Below are positions 28,664-38,015 of a DNA stretch of 64,000 bases, piece after piece. The notes below the pieces were generated by a model. That model saw only the letters and a list, made by a program, of their open reading frames with translations, made no database searches and was not told the origin of the DNA. The position numbers were made by a program, and so were the translations under genes. How positions within the stretch are numbered: the first letter of the stretch is position 1; each line of letters opens with the position of its first letter. Origin of the DNA: Candidatus Colwellbacteria bacterium CG10_big_fil_rev_8_21_14_0_10_42_22 (GTDB taxonomy: Bacteria > Patescibacteriota > Minisyncoccia > UBA6257 > Colwellbacteraceae); contig PFAH01000005.1 in NCBI GenBank assembly GCA_002773725.1, positions 17,456 through 81,455 on the forward strand, written 5' to 3'.

Positions 28664-29057
28664 CCGGAACAGCTAAAAGAAGCGCCTGTTTTAAGAGTTT
28701 CGCATCCTCTTCGGATAGCTCAATTTCCTGCCCGACCTTGCCTGTGATGTGCAGTTTCGGTGAGTACGCAGGATGTCTATTCTGCAACCACAATCGGATG
28801 GCTGAAACGTTCTCGTTTTGGATTGCTGAAATGAGCTTGCTCTCAGCCAGATCGTTTAGCCGTTCGAGACCCTCTACTATCGCCCTATCTGTCGCCTGTG
28901 CAAACTTTGGGTCATCTTTCCTCCAACGATAAAAGGATGTCCTCCCAATACCACATTTAGAACACGCAACTTGGATAATTGGTGTTATCTTCAGCTGTTC
29001 GATCATTTTCTCCTTCTGTCGTTCCTGCTTCCTCTCTATTGTCTTATCTTTAGTCAT
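28632..29057 (-). CDS. HTH protein, putative terminase small subunit
   Basis: AC.K.GIGR.SFYRWRK.D..F then D.AE..L; directly upstream of terL. Confidence 0.65.
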   Translation of the reverse strand: MTKDKTIERKQERQKEKMIEQLKITPIIQVACSKCGIGRTSFYRWRKDDPKFAQATDRAIVEGLERLNDLAESKLISAIQNENVSAIRLWLQNRHPAYSPKLHITGKVGQEIELSEEDAKLLKQALLLAVPDEPKDDEEDE

Positions 29058-30393
29058 GATTAATTTTCTTAGCTTTTTTACCGGTAAGTCGCTCCCACCG
29101 GTTCTTTATTACCTCCGCATACGTTGGGACTAACTCCATCATGTTGCATCGGCGATTTAGTTTCTCGGCAACTATAATTGTTGAACCGCTACCTCCGAAT
29201 AAATCGATTACAAGGTCTCCACGCTTTGTTAGAACCTTCATGTATGGGAGAAGAACCTCCACCGGTTTGGTCCCAAAAATTATCGACTGTTGTGAACTTT
29301 TCTCGTCAGCTGCATTGAAGGATATGAAGTCTGTGGGTTGGACTTTCTTGCCCTTCCGATAGCTTTCCCAGGTGGGTTTACCAGATGTAGCAAACAATGC
29401 ATTCTCGTACTCGCTTTGCAAAAATTCATCTGATTCAGGCTCAATATTTAGTTCAACATTTCCTTTAGTCCCGACCAAAGCAATATCAGTTTTATTGAAG
29501 AACTTATATTTAGCTGCGAAGCCCTGTACACGATTCGGGAGGTGCCACGTTATCGTGTTTCTGTATCGCCAGTGTTTTTCGAGCTCTGTCCAAATGACTT
29601 TCAGGTTCTTAGGGTTCTCGAAGACCATTATTGAGAAGTCTTCTTTTTGAATCTGCGCTACATTAGCCATCCACTTTTCCGTGAAATCTGGCGGAAGAAC
29701 GTCTGTCTCAAGGTATTTACGGTCTCTCCTGAGACCGAATCCTTCTGTTGCCTTGCCATGCTTCTTCTTGCCTGTCAGATATGAAAGCAGGTACGGCGGG
29801 TCCACCATACATAAATCCGCTTTCTCTCCATTCATTAGCCTCAGGACATCTTTCTCTAGAGTGCTGTCTCCGCACATTAGGCGATGTTTGCCAAGCTGCC
29901 AGACATCACCCTTTTTCACTTCAATCTTTGTGATGTTCAACTTCTCCAATTCTTTCTGGATGTCGAATTCTTCTGGGCTGTCTTCAATACCGAAGACATC
30001 ATCTAACTCCTCACTTGTGAATCCAATCTCCGAGAGCACATCTTCGTCGAACTCTGCAAGGAGTTGGAAGTCCCACTCTCCTTGGTTGCGGTTAAGCCTC
30101 AGGTTTAGCTCGCGCTCCTTCTCAAGATCCTCTATGTGGAGATAGATGACGGGCACATTTTTTACCCCCATTTCCTCTAGGGCCTTCACTCTCATGTGTC
30201 CGCCGATTATCACTTGCTCCCTTCCCGGTGCGTTATTTACCAAGATCGGATCTACGACTCCGTATCTCTTTAGCGATGTTTTAAGTTGCTCCATATCCTC
30301 TTTTTTGTGTTTACGAGGATTGTATGGTGCTGGTTTAAGTTCCTTTATAGGAACTTGTACGATCTTAAGATCGTCTGGGTTTATTTTGCTCAT
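29050..30393 (-). CDS. ParB-like N-terminal domain fused to an N6/N4 DNA methyltransferase
   Basis: LKPAPYNPR, IIGGH.R (ParB/Srx); DPPY and DLFGGSGST MTase motifs. Confidence 0.9.
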   Translation of the reverse strand: MSKINPDDLKIVQVPIKELKPAPYNPRKHKKEDMEQLKTSLKRYGVVDPILVNNAPGREQVIIGGHMRVKALEEMGVKNVPVIYLHIEDLEKERELNLRLNRNQGEWDFQLLAEFDEDVLSEIGFTSEELDDVFGIEDSPEEFDIQKELEKLNITKIEVKKGDVWQLGKHRLMCGDSTLEKDVLRLMNGEKADLCMVDPPYLLSYLTGKKKHGKATEGFGLRRDRKYLETDVLPPDFTEKWMANVAQIQKEDFSIMVFENPKNLKVIWTELEKHWRYRNTITWHLPNRVQGFAAKYKFFNKTDIALVGTKGNVELNIEPESDEFLQSEYENALFATSGKPTWESYRKGKKVQPTDFISFNAADEKSSQQSIIFGTKPVEVLLPYMKVLTKRGDLVIDLFGGSGSTIIVAEKLNRRCNMMELVPTYAEVIKNRWERLTGKKAKKINHD

Positions 30394-30395
30394 GA

Positions 30396-30794
30396 TTATT
30401 TATTCTTTTGTTTTTTACTTTTTGATTTTTCCGGTTGGTGCCCGGCAAGACTGAGAAATAGTCGGACATCGCTGGCGTTTCCTTTACCGGAGGCAACTTT
30501 CTCGTACAAACCGCCCATAATGTCTGGCGTATGCTCTCGCATCCACTCCTGCAAGAATTGCCATACCAGTGGCCAGAATTCTTCGTGTTTCTTCCAGTCC
30601 GTTAGGGTGTCTTGGTTTACTTTTACTCCGATCTGATCAGCGAATTCCTTCTGCGTTTTTGGCTCGCGGAGCCATTGAGGGAGCGCACACCACCTAGCAA
30701 ATTCGACGAATTCTTGGACTCGTTTAACACCTGGGATAGCAGGAAAAGAATCGGAGTGAATCCGAGTTAGCTGTACGTTTTTGTTTTTACCCAT
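30396..30794 (-). CDS. phage-type HTH protein
   Basis: PKTQKEFA.QIGV..TLTDWK HTH followed by a helical tail. Confidence 0.65.
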   Translation of the reverse strand: MGKNKNVQLTRIHSDSFPAIPGVKRVQEFVEFARWCALPQWLREPKTQKEFADQIGVKVNQDTLTDWKKHEEFWPLVWQFLQEWMREHTPDIMGGLYEKVASGKGNASDVRLFLSLAGHQPEKSKSKKQKNK

Positions 30795-30829
30795 CTTTTT
30801 TAAGTAATTGGTTTATTTCGACTTCAGTT

Positions 30830-30862
30830 CAAACAAAAACACCGACTCTATATAGAGTCGGC
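30830..30862 (-). terminator. perfect 20-bp palindrome with a U-tract (terminator/attenuator or operator)
   Basis: CCGACTCTATATAGAGTCGG at 30842-30861, followed on the minus strand by TGTTTTTGTTT. Confidence 0.55.
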
Positions 30863-31158
30863 ATCTGGAAAAGAAAAAAGCTTCGAATCCAGACAATAAT
30901 CTATATAGATTTATATTGTCTTGATTCGAAGCCCTTCCTCACGTTTCCTTTGTGCACGATGGCTCGGAAGCGATTGCAGTCTTTCTTCGGATCTACTGAA
31001 CCTCACTTTTCTCTCTTCTGAATGGCTATGATAGGCCAGGGAGACGAGTGTGTTCTGCCTCAACGGTGTATTTGTAGAACTATCCATAATATACGCCTTA
31101 GTTAGACTATGTGTCAAATGTTGATAACCCGCTTCGCAGAACCCAACGATTAAGCTAG

Positions 31159-31378
31159 GGTGCCATAGACCAGGAGAAGACTCTTCTGGTAATATGAGTT
31201 TAACAACTGAATAGCCTAACCCTTCCGATTTGGTAGGTATGGCACTAAAGCCGTTGCAGGCATCAAGCTCCTCGTCGGGAGCACCTGCAACGGTCATACG
31301 GGGAAACTCGTGTGGGTGGCTTCGGCCATCGCCTGGCGGGGAGCTTTATGTTCCAGGCCAGGAGAAACCGTTGCAGGT
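31159..31378 (+). ncRNA. putative structured leader RNA / ncRNA
   Basis: Several perfect stems, GAAA and UUCG tetraloops, and a 12-bp closing helix ending at the downstream ATG. Confidence 0.55.
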
Positions 31379-32434
31379 ATGGCCATAATTATTTCTAAAA
31401 ACGGCAAGGATGCCAAAAGGGTAGATAAATCTTCTTTTGAGAAAGAGGACAATTTACAAGAGTACATCTACGATAATCCGGAGAGTATTCCGCTATATGA
31501 CATTAAGGAAGATATTCATCTTTTAATCCTCGCTCGCGAGTTTCCTACAAACAGTGGTCCTATTGATGCAATCGGAATAGATAAGGACGGCGATATTTAT
31601 ATTGTAGAAACAAAACTCTATAAGAATTCAGATAAACGTACAGTTGTAGCCCAAGCTCTCGATTATGGAGCAGCTCTTTGGAAGCATTCCAATGACTTCA
31701 ATGAATTCACGGCACGTTTAGATACGGAGGTACAGAGAACTTTTAAAGTCTCGCTGAATGAAAAACTCAGAGACTTCTTCGAGCTCTCAGATGATGAGCT
31801 GACCGAACTCTTAGATCGTGTAAAAGGGAACCTTGATGATGGTATATTACGATTCGTTATATTGATGGATAGCTTAGATGCACGTCTTAAAGACCTCATA
31901 GTTTATGTAAACCAGAATAGCCAATTTGATATCTATGCCGTGGAACTCGAGTATTACAAACACGAGGAGTACGAAATAATTATCCCTAGAATCTACGGAG
32001 CAGAAGTGAAGAAAGACATTAACGTTTTGTCTGGTAAACGTCACAGATGGGATGAGGGGTCATTGTTAGAGGATGCGAAGCAGAAGCTAACCAGCGAAGA
32101 ATTGAGAGCATTTGAGAAGATTTATCAATTTTCAAAAAACAATGCTGACAAGATAAACTTTGGCACTGGTGCATATGCTGCTTTCAGTCCTATATTTTCA
32201 AAATTTAGTAGGATGTCTCTTTTTACTCTTACCACAGACAAACGTTTAGCTTTTAACTTCGAATGGACAGCGAAGATAGATGAAAAAGTAGCAGAACTTT
32301 ACAAAGACAAACTGGAGTCTATTGGGTTCTCGTTTCCAGAAAACTTCAAAGAGATACGCCCAAGTGTACTGCCAGACGAGTGGTTATCCAAAACCGATGG
32401 GTTTCTGAAGATCTTATCGGAGATAATTAAATAG
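31379..32434 (+). CDS. NucS/DUF91-like PD-(D/E)xK endonuclease domain protein
   Basis: E..LQEYI..NP, REF, IDAIGID.DG.IYIVETK, V.AQ.LDY. Confidence 0.75.
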   Translation: MAIIISKNGKDAKRVDKSSFEKEDNLQEYIYDNPESIPLYDIKEDIHLLILAREFPTNSGPIDAIGIDKDGDIYIVETKLYKNSDKRTVVAQALDYGAALWKHSNDFNEFTARLDTEVQRTFKVSLNEKLRDFFELSDDELTELLDRVKGNLDDGILRFVILMDSLDARLKDLIVYVNQNSQFDIYAVELEYYKHEEYEIIIPRIYGAEVKKDINVLSGKRHRWDEGSLLEDAKQKLTSEELRAFEKIYQFSKNNADKINFGTGAYAAFSPIFSKFSRMSLFTLTTDKRLAFNFEWTAKIDEKVAELYKDKLESIGFSFPENFKEIRPSVLPDEWLSKTDGFLKILSEIIK

Positions 32435-32488
32435 AATGACTCTAAAAAATTCCTTGCTTCAACCCCGCCAAGTGGGCATAATCTTGAT

Positions 32489-34711
32489 ATGAGTAGTAAT
32501 CTTTCAGATAACGAAAAAAGAAACATTCTCAAATACATTGAGGCTGGAAAACCACTTCCAGATAAATATAGATTCCTTCTTTTTGAAGATAAGAAAGAAG
32601 TCGAATTGGTGTGGAATGGTAAAACGTCTGAAGTTTCTAATATAGTACTGCCCTTTCAAACAATCGAGGTCGTAGATGAACCACGGGCAGAAGATGCGTC
32701 TGATACGAAAAAGCAAGTACAACCAACTCTTAGAGTAGAACAGGAGTCTCCATTTGATTTTGACGAGCGAGGTAGGCAAATTGCTGGCTGGACGAATAAG
32801 CTTATCTGGGGAGATAACAAGCTGATTCTTTCTAGCCTGAAAAACGGAGTTTTGCGAGAAGAGATTGAGAGAGAAGGCGGACTAAAACTTATTTATATCG
32901 ACCCTCCATTTGATGTCGGTGCAGATTTTTCAATGAAAGTGGAAATTGGCGATGAGGAGCTTACAAAAAAACCAAATGTTCTGGAAGAATTAGCGTATAG
33001 GGATACTTGGGGGAAGGGCGCAGATAGTTTTATCGCCATGATTTATGAACGACTAAGCTTGATGAAAGATTTACTTGCTGATGATGGGAGTATTTATGTG
33101 CACCTTGGAATACAGGTTAACCATTATGTAAGATTGATACTTGAAGAAATATTTGGCAAAGAGAACTTAGTTTCAGAAATTATTTGGGCATATGGTTCGC
33201 CATCTGGTGGAAGAGCTGCAGGAACAAAGTTAGTAAAGATACATGAGTACATACTTCATTTCGCAAAAAATTATAATAATAGAATCGAAAATAAAACCTA
33301 TCTTCCATATAAAGAAGAATATATTAAAGATTGGTTTAAATGGACAGATGCTGACGGAAGGGTGTACCGTAAGCGAATTCGTGGAAAGGACGCTGATGGA
33401 AAACCTGTCTATGAAAAACAATATTTAGACGAAAGTGCTGGAGAGCCAGCTTCAACAGTCTGGAGAGATATAAAACAAATTTACGCCGATCCTAGAGCCT
33501 ATAAATCAAATCAGGGCGATTATAGCGAGATATTAGGATATCCAACACAAAAACCAGAAAAACTTATTGAACGTATTATTAATGCTTCTTCCAATGAAGG
33601 CGATCTTGTCGCCGATTTTTTCTGCGGTTCGGGAACGACACTTGCTGTAGCGGAAAAACTTGGCAGAAAATGGATTGGTTCTGACCTCGGAAAATTCTCT
33701 ATTCATACAACTAGGAAACGAATGATTAATGTGCAGCGAGAATTAAAGAAATCTGGTACCGACTTTCGTGCTTTTGAAATACTTAATCTCGGGAAATATG
33801 AGCGTCAACATTATGTTGGTGTAAACATGAATTTACGTGAAGAAGAGAAACAAAAACAGCTTGCCAAGAAAGAGGCCGACTTTATAGAACTTATTATTAA
33901 GGCATACAAAGCCGAAGCTATTAATAACTTTAAGACATTTGTTGCTAAGAAATCTGGACGATTAGTAGCAGTTGGACCAGTCAATCTACCTGCATCACGA
34001 TTGTTCGTAGAGGAAGTCATTAAGGAATGTATTGATAAACAAATTACAAAAGTAGATATTCTTTCATTTGAATATGAAATGGGACTTTTCCCTAAGATTC
34101 AGGAGGAAGCGAAAGATAAGGGTATCGATCTGGCTCTTAAACATATCCCACGAGAAGTATTCGATAAACGAGCAATTGAGAAAAACCAAGTTCAATTCCA
34201 CGATGTTTCTTATATAGAAGTAAAACCACACATTAAACCCGCTGGGAAAAAGATGGACGGGAAAGTAGCGATAGAACTCACCGACTTCTCCGTTTATTAC
34301 AATCAGGACATCGTTGATAATGTGATTGCTAGCCTTAAGAAGGGATCAGATAAGGTTTTAGTTGAGCAAGGAAATATAATCAAGATAACAAAAGACAAAG
34401 ATGGCATTGTTGAGCAGGAGGTTTTAACGAAGAAATGGACAGATTGGATTGATTACTGGGCAGTGGACTTTGATTTTGAAAGCAAGAAAGAAATTGTTCG
34501 TATAAAAGACGAAAATGGAAAAATTGAAGAAGCTTGGACTGGTAGTTATATATTTGAGAATGAATGGCAGTCTTTCCGAACAAAGAAAGATCGCTCCATT
34601 GAATTAAAAAGTGTTGCGCATGAATGCGAAGCAGGTCGACGTAAAATTGCTATTAAGGTCGTTGATATCTTCGGCAACGATACGATGAAAGTAATTGAAG
34701 TTAATATTTGA
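32489..34711 (+). CDS. type III restriction-modification methyltransferase (Mod)
   Basis: [35 protein letters not shown]; C-terminal KVVDIFGND. Confidence 0.9.
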   Translation: MSSNLSDNEKRNILKYIEAGKPLPDKYRFLLFEDKKEVELVWNGKTSEVSNIVLPFQTIEVVDEPRAEDASDTKKQVQPTLRVEQESPFDFDERGRQIAGWTNKLIWGDNKLILSSLKNGVLREEIEREGGLKLIYIDPPFDVGADFSMKVEIGDEELTKKPNVLEELAYRDTWGKGADSFIAMIYERLSLMKDLLADDGSIYVHLGIQVNHYVRLILEEIFGKENLVSEIIWAYGSPSGGRAAGTKLVKIHEYILHFAKNYNNRIENKTYLPYKEEYIKDWFKWTDADGRVYRKRIRGKDADGKPVYEKQYLDESAGEPASTVWRDIKQIYADPRAYKSNQGDYSEILGYPTQKPEKLIERIINASSNEGDLVADFFCGSGTTLAVAEKLGRKWIGSDLGKFSIHTTRKRMINVQRELKKSGTDFRAFEILNLGKYERQHYVGVNMNLREEEKQKQLAKKEADFIELIIKAYKAEAINNFKTFVAKKSGRLVAVGPVNLPASRLFVEEVIKECIDKQITKVDILSFEYEMGLFPKIQEEAKDKGIDLALKHIPREVFDKRAIEKNQVQFHDVSYIEVKPHIKPAGKKMDGKVAIELTDFSVYYNQDIVDNVIASLKKGSDKVLVEQGNIIKITKDKDGIVEQEVLTKKWTDWIDYWAVDFDFESKKEIVRIKDENGKIEEAWTGSYIFENEWQSFRTKKDRSIELKSVAHECEAGRRKIAIKVVDIFGNDTMKVIEVNI

Positions 34712-34716
34712 TTTTT

Positions 34717-35325
34717 ATGAAAATTTTGGTCAATTTTTACGCAAACGTAACAGAAGGATCTATTAATGACTTAATCCAGTTCATTACAGTTAAGCTTGCA
34801 CAACAAAACCCAGAAAAACCAATAGATGAGATTATAATTCAGATTTCTAGCTCTGGAGGATCTTCTGACCATGGATTACTTGCGTATAATTTTTTAAAAC
34901 AGATTAGCATTCCAAAGACCACCATAGGTATGGGGAACGTAGATAGCGCAGCCATTATGATCTTCTTAGCAGGAGATAAGCGTTTGGCTATGCCGAGTTG
35001 TAGGTTCGTTCTCCATGAGGCTATTGCAACGATAGGCGGTCAATTCACTGCGACTAAGCTTGGTGAGATGTCGAGGTTGATACAAAGGATTACGGACGAT
35101 TACGTAGAAGTGGTTATAAAAGTAGTTGAAGGCAAAAAAGAATATATCACCAAAGAGGTGAAGAAAGGTTCGGTCCTATCTTCTAACGAAGCTAAAAAAA
35201 TGAAACTTGTCTCCGATATTTTAGAGAAACCATATTTAAGCGAGATGAAAAATTTAGATATTCTATTGATTAATAATCCCAGACAACCGGTTCAACAAAA
35301 GCCAGAGAAAAAGTCAGAAATTTAA
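34717..35325 (+). CDS. ClpP/crotonase-fold protease-like protein
   Basis: ISSSGG, G.VDSAA..IFLAGD.R, RF.LHE, LSSNEA..M.LV. Confidence 0.8.
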   Translation: MKILVNFYANVTEGSINDLIQFITVKLAQQNPEKPIDEIIIQISSSGGSSDHGLLAYNFLKQISIPKTTIGMGNVDSAAIMIFLAGDKRLAMPSCRFVLHEAIATIGGQFTATKLGEMSRLIQRITDDYVEVVIKVVEGKKEYITKEVKKGSVLSSNEAKKMKLVSDILEKPYLSEMKNLDILLINNPRQPVQQKPEKKSEI

Positions 35326-35327
35326 TT

Positions 35328-38000
35328 ATGGCATTACATAAAGATTTTCCTAAATCACCTCACGTAATACTAGATCCAGATACTCGTTGGTTTCCTGCAG
35401 ACGAAACTTTACGAGAGAAAGGATATGAAAAACTACTTCCACCCCTTGTTCATATACTTCGTAAGGAGGTAAAGGAATGGCGAGACAAAAACTATAAAGG
35501 GATAAGCGATACTAGTCGTGCTTTGTTACGTTGGTGGTTCCAGGCAGAGCATCCAGTAGAAACACCAGATGGCACAGTCAATTTTCAGTACTATTTTGCT
35601 CAACGAGAGGCAGTTGAAACTGTAATTTATCTATATGAAGTAGCAAAGGTAAAAGATAAATATGACTTGATTCGCTACGACAGTTCTGGAGCAGTTTCTT
35701 CAAGTATGTTTACTGAAGACTGGTTAAGAATGGTTATTAAGATGGCAACAGGGACTGGAAAAACAAAAGTAATGAGCTTACTAGTCGCGTGGAGCTATTT
35801 TCATAAGATGTATGAAGAAGGATCAAACTTAGCTAGGAATTTTCTTCTTATCACGCCAAACATTATTGTGCTCGATCGTATTAAAAGTGATTTCGAGGGA
35901 TTAAAGATATTCTGGGAAGATCCTATTTTACCAGATAATGGCTTTGAGGGGCAAAACTGGAAAGACGATTTTCAGATGACCATTCATATGCAGGATGAGA
36001 TAAATACTGTTCGTAAGACTGGAAATATTTTCTTAACGAATATTCACCGTGTCTATAACAGCAAGGACAATGCGCCTAGCTCCGATGACGATAATACAAT
36101 GGAGTATTTTTTGGGAGATAAGCCCGTGGCTAAAACGGGTGATTCAAAAGTAAACCTTGGTCAAATCGTACGAGATATTGATGAACTTATGGTTATTAAT
36201 GACGAAGCACATCATATTCATGACGAACGACTTGCTTGGTTTAAGTCTATTGAGGACATTAGTAATCGGATGAAAATGAAGGATAAGTTTTTATCCCTGC
36301 AGATTGATGTCACGGCAACTCCGAAACACACTAATGGATCGATTTTTGTACAGACAATCTCCGACTATCCTTTAGTTGAAGCAATCTACCAGGACGTTGT
36401 GAAACATCCCGTTCTTCCTGATTCTGCTAGTAGAGCCAAGCTACAAGAGCACAAAAGCTCAAAATTCACAGAGAGATATAAGGATTATATCCATCTAGGA
36501 TACCTTGAGTGGAAGAAGGTGTATGACGAGCACAAAAAGCTTGGCAAAAAAGCTGTTTTCTTTGTTATGACCGATGATACTAAAAACGGCGATGACGTAG
36601 CAGAATATCTTGAAACTACTTATCCAGAATTTAAAGATGCAATTCTTGTTATTCATACAAAAAACAATGGTGAAATTGCCGAGACTGTAACGGGCAAGAA
36701 AGAAGAAGAATTAAAAGAGCTTAGAAAAGCCTCAAATGAAATTGATAATTTGGAAAGCCCGCACAAAGCGATTGTCTCGGTTCTAATGCTTAAAGAAGGC
36801 TGGGATGTAAAAAATGTAACCACAATTGTAGGGCTTCGTCCGTACTCTTCCAAAAGCAATATTCTTCCAGAACAAACTCTTGGTCGAGGGCTTAGGCGAA
36901 TGTATAGAGATTCCGACGTAACTGAGTATGTAAGTGTTGTGGGGACTGACGCCTTCATGGACTTTGTGGAGTCTATCAAGAGTGATGGGGTTGAGCTTGA
37001 AAAGAAAAAGATGGGAGAAGGCTCTGAACCAAAAGCTCCTCTGATAGTTGAGATTGATAACGAAAATACTAAAAAAGATATTGAGAAGCTGGACATTCAG
37101 ATTCCAGTCCTTACCCCTCGCATATACAGAGAATACAAGAATATTTCTGACTTGGACGTAAGCAAGTTCCCTCACAAGAAAATCAAGATAAAAGAATTCA
37201 GCGAAAAGGAGAAAAGGGAAATTGTATTTCGTGACATTACTTCGGGAGAGATAACGCACGCAACAGAACTTGATAGCAACTTCATACCAAATTATCAAAG
37301 CGTTATTGGTTACTTCGCTCAAATCATCAGAAAGGAGCTCAGGTTAGTCGGAGGACACGACGTCTTATACGAAAAAGTAAAAGAATTTGTAATTAATCAT
37401 CTCTTTGATAAAAAGGTTGATTTAGAAGACCCGAACACCCTACGTAACTTATCTGAGCTCGAAGCAACAAAAACAATAATTGAAACTTTCAAGAAAGAGA
37501 TAAACGAGCTTACTGTTGTTGATAAAGGTGAGGCTGAAATTCGTGATTATATAAAGATTAGTAAATCTCGTCCGTTTGTTATTAAGGAGCAGGGATTCAT
37601 TGTCCCAAAGAAGAGTGTATTCAACAAAATTGTTGGAGATAGCCATTTCGAACTACAATTCGCCAACTTCCTTGAAGAGTGTGACGATATTATCTCGTAT
37701 GCAAAAAACTATTTCGCTGTTCACTTCAAGATCGATTACAAAGATGCAGATGGGAATATCAGAGACTACTATCCTGATTTCTTTGTAAAGGTATCAGAAA
37801 AAGAGATTTATATTATAGAGACTAAAGGACGTGAGGACTTAGACGATGTAGAGAAAATAAAAAGACTGTATCAGTGGTGTGATGATATAAATGCAGTACA
37901 GAATAAAGTTAAATTCACAGCTCTTTATGTGAAACAAGAAGCTTATGAGAAATATAAGCCATCAAGTTTTGCTGAGTTGGTGAAGAATTTCGTCAAATAA
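35328..38000 (+). CDS. type III restriction endonuclease subunit (Res)
   Basis: AQREAVET, MATGTGKT, NDEAHH, LKEGWDV, EQ.LGRGLR, C-terminal YYPDF...IETKG nuclease. Confidence 0.9.
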   Translation: MALHKDFPKSPHVILDPDTRWFPADETLREKGYEKLLPPLVHILRKEVKEWRDKNYKGISDTSRALLRWWFQAEHPVETPDGTVNFQYYFAQREAVETVIYLYEVAKVKDKYDLIRYDSSGAVSSSMFTEDWLRMVIKMATGTGKTKVMSLLVAWSYFHKMYEEGSNLARNFLLITPNIIVLDRIKSDFEGLKIFWEDPILPDNGFEGQNWKDDFQMTIHMQDEINTVRKTGNIFLTNIHRVYNSKDNAPSSDDDNTMEYFLGDKPVAKTGDSKVNLGQIVRDIDELMVINDEAHHIHDERLAWFKSIEDISNRMKMKDKFLSLQIDVTATPKHTNGSIFVQTISDYPLVEAIYQDVVKHPVLPDSASRAKLQEHKSSKFTERYKDYIHLGYLEWKKVYDEHKKLGKKAVFFVMTDDTKNGDDVAEYLETTYPEFKDAILVIHTKNNGEIAETVTGKKEEELKELRKASNEIDNLESPHKAIVSVLMLKEGWDVKNVTTIVGLRPYSSKSNILPEQTLGRGLRRMYRDSDVTEYVSVVGTDAFMDFVESIKSDGVELEKKKMGEGSEPKAPLIVEIDNENTKKDIEKLDIQIPVLTPRIYREYKNISDLDVSKFPHKKIKIKEFSEKEKREIVFRDITSGEITHATELDSNFIPNYQSVIGYFAQIIRKELRLVGGHDVLYEKVKEFVINHLFDKKVDLEDPNTLRNLSELEATKTIIETFKKEINELTVVDKGEAEIRDYIKISKSRPFVIKEQGFIVPKKSVFNKIVGDSHFELQFANFLEECDDIISYAKNYFAVHFKIDYKDADGNIRDYYPDFFVKVSEKEIYIIETKGREDLDDVEKIKRLYQWCDDINAVQNKVKFTALYVKQEAYEKYKPSSFAELVKNFVK

Positions 38001-38015
38001 AACGATCGTTTAGCC

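Noticed and set aside
25796-30794. Complete prophage
   Set aside because: No portal, capsid, tail, lysis or replication genes between the boundaries
30911-31378. 128-aa ORF 30911-31297 and the GTG-31310 extension of the nuclease
   Set aside because: They run through the strongly structured region and lack protein-like features; ATG 31379 gives a sensible nuclease start
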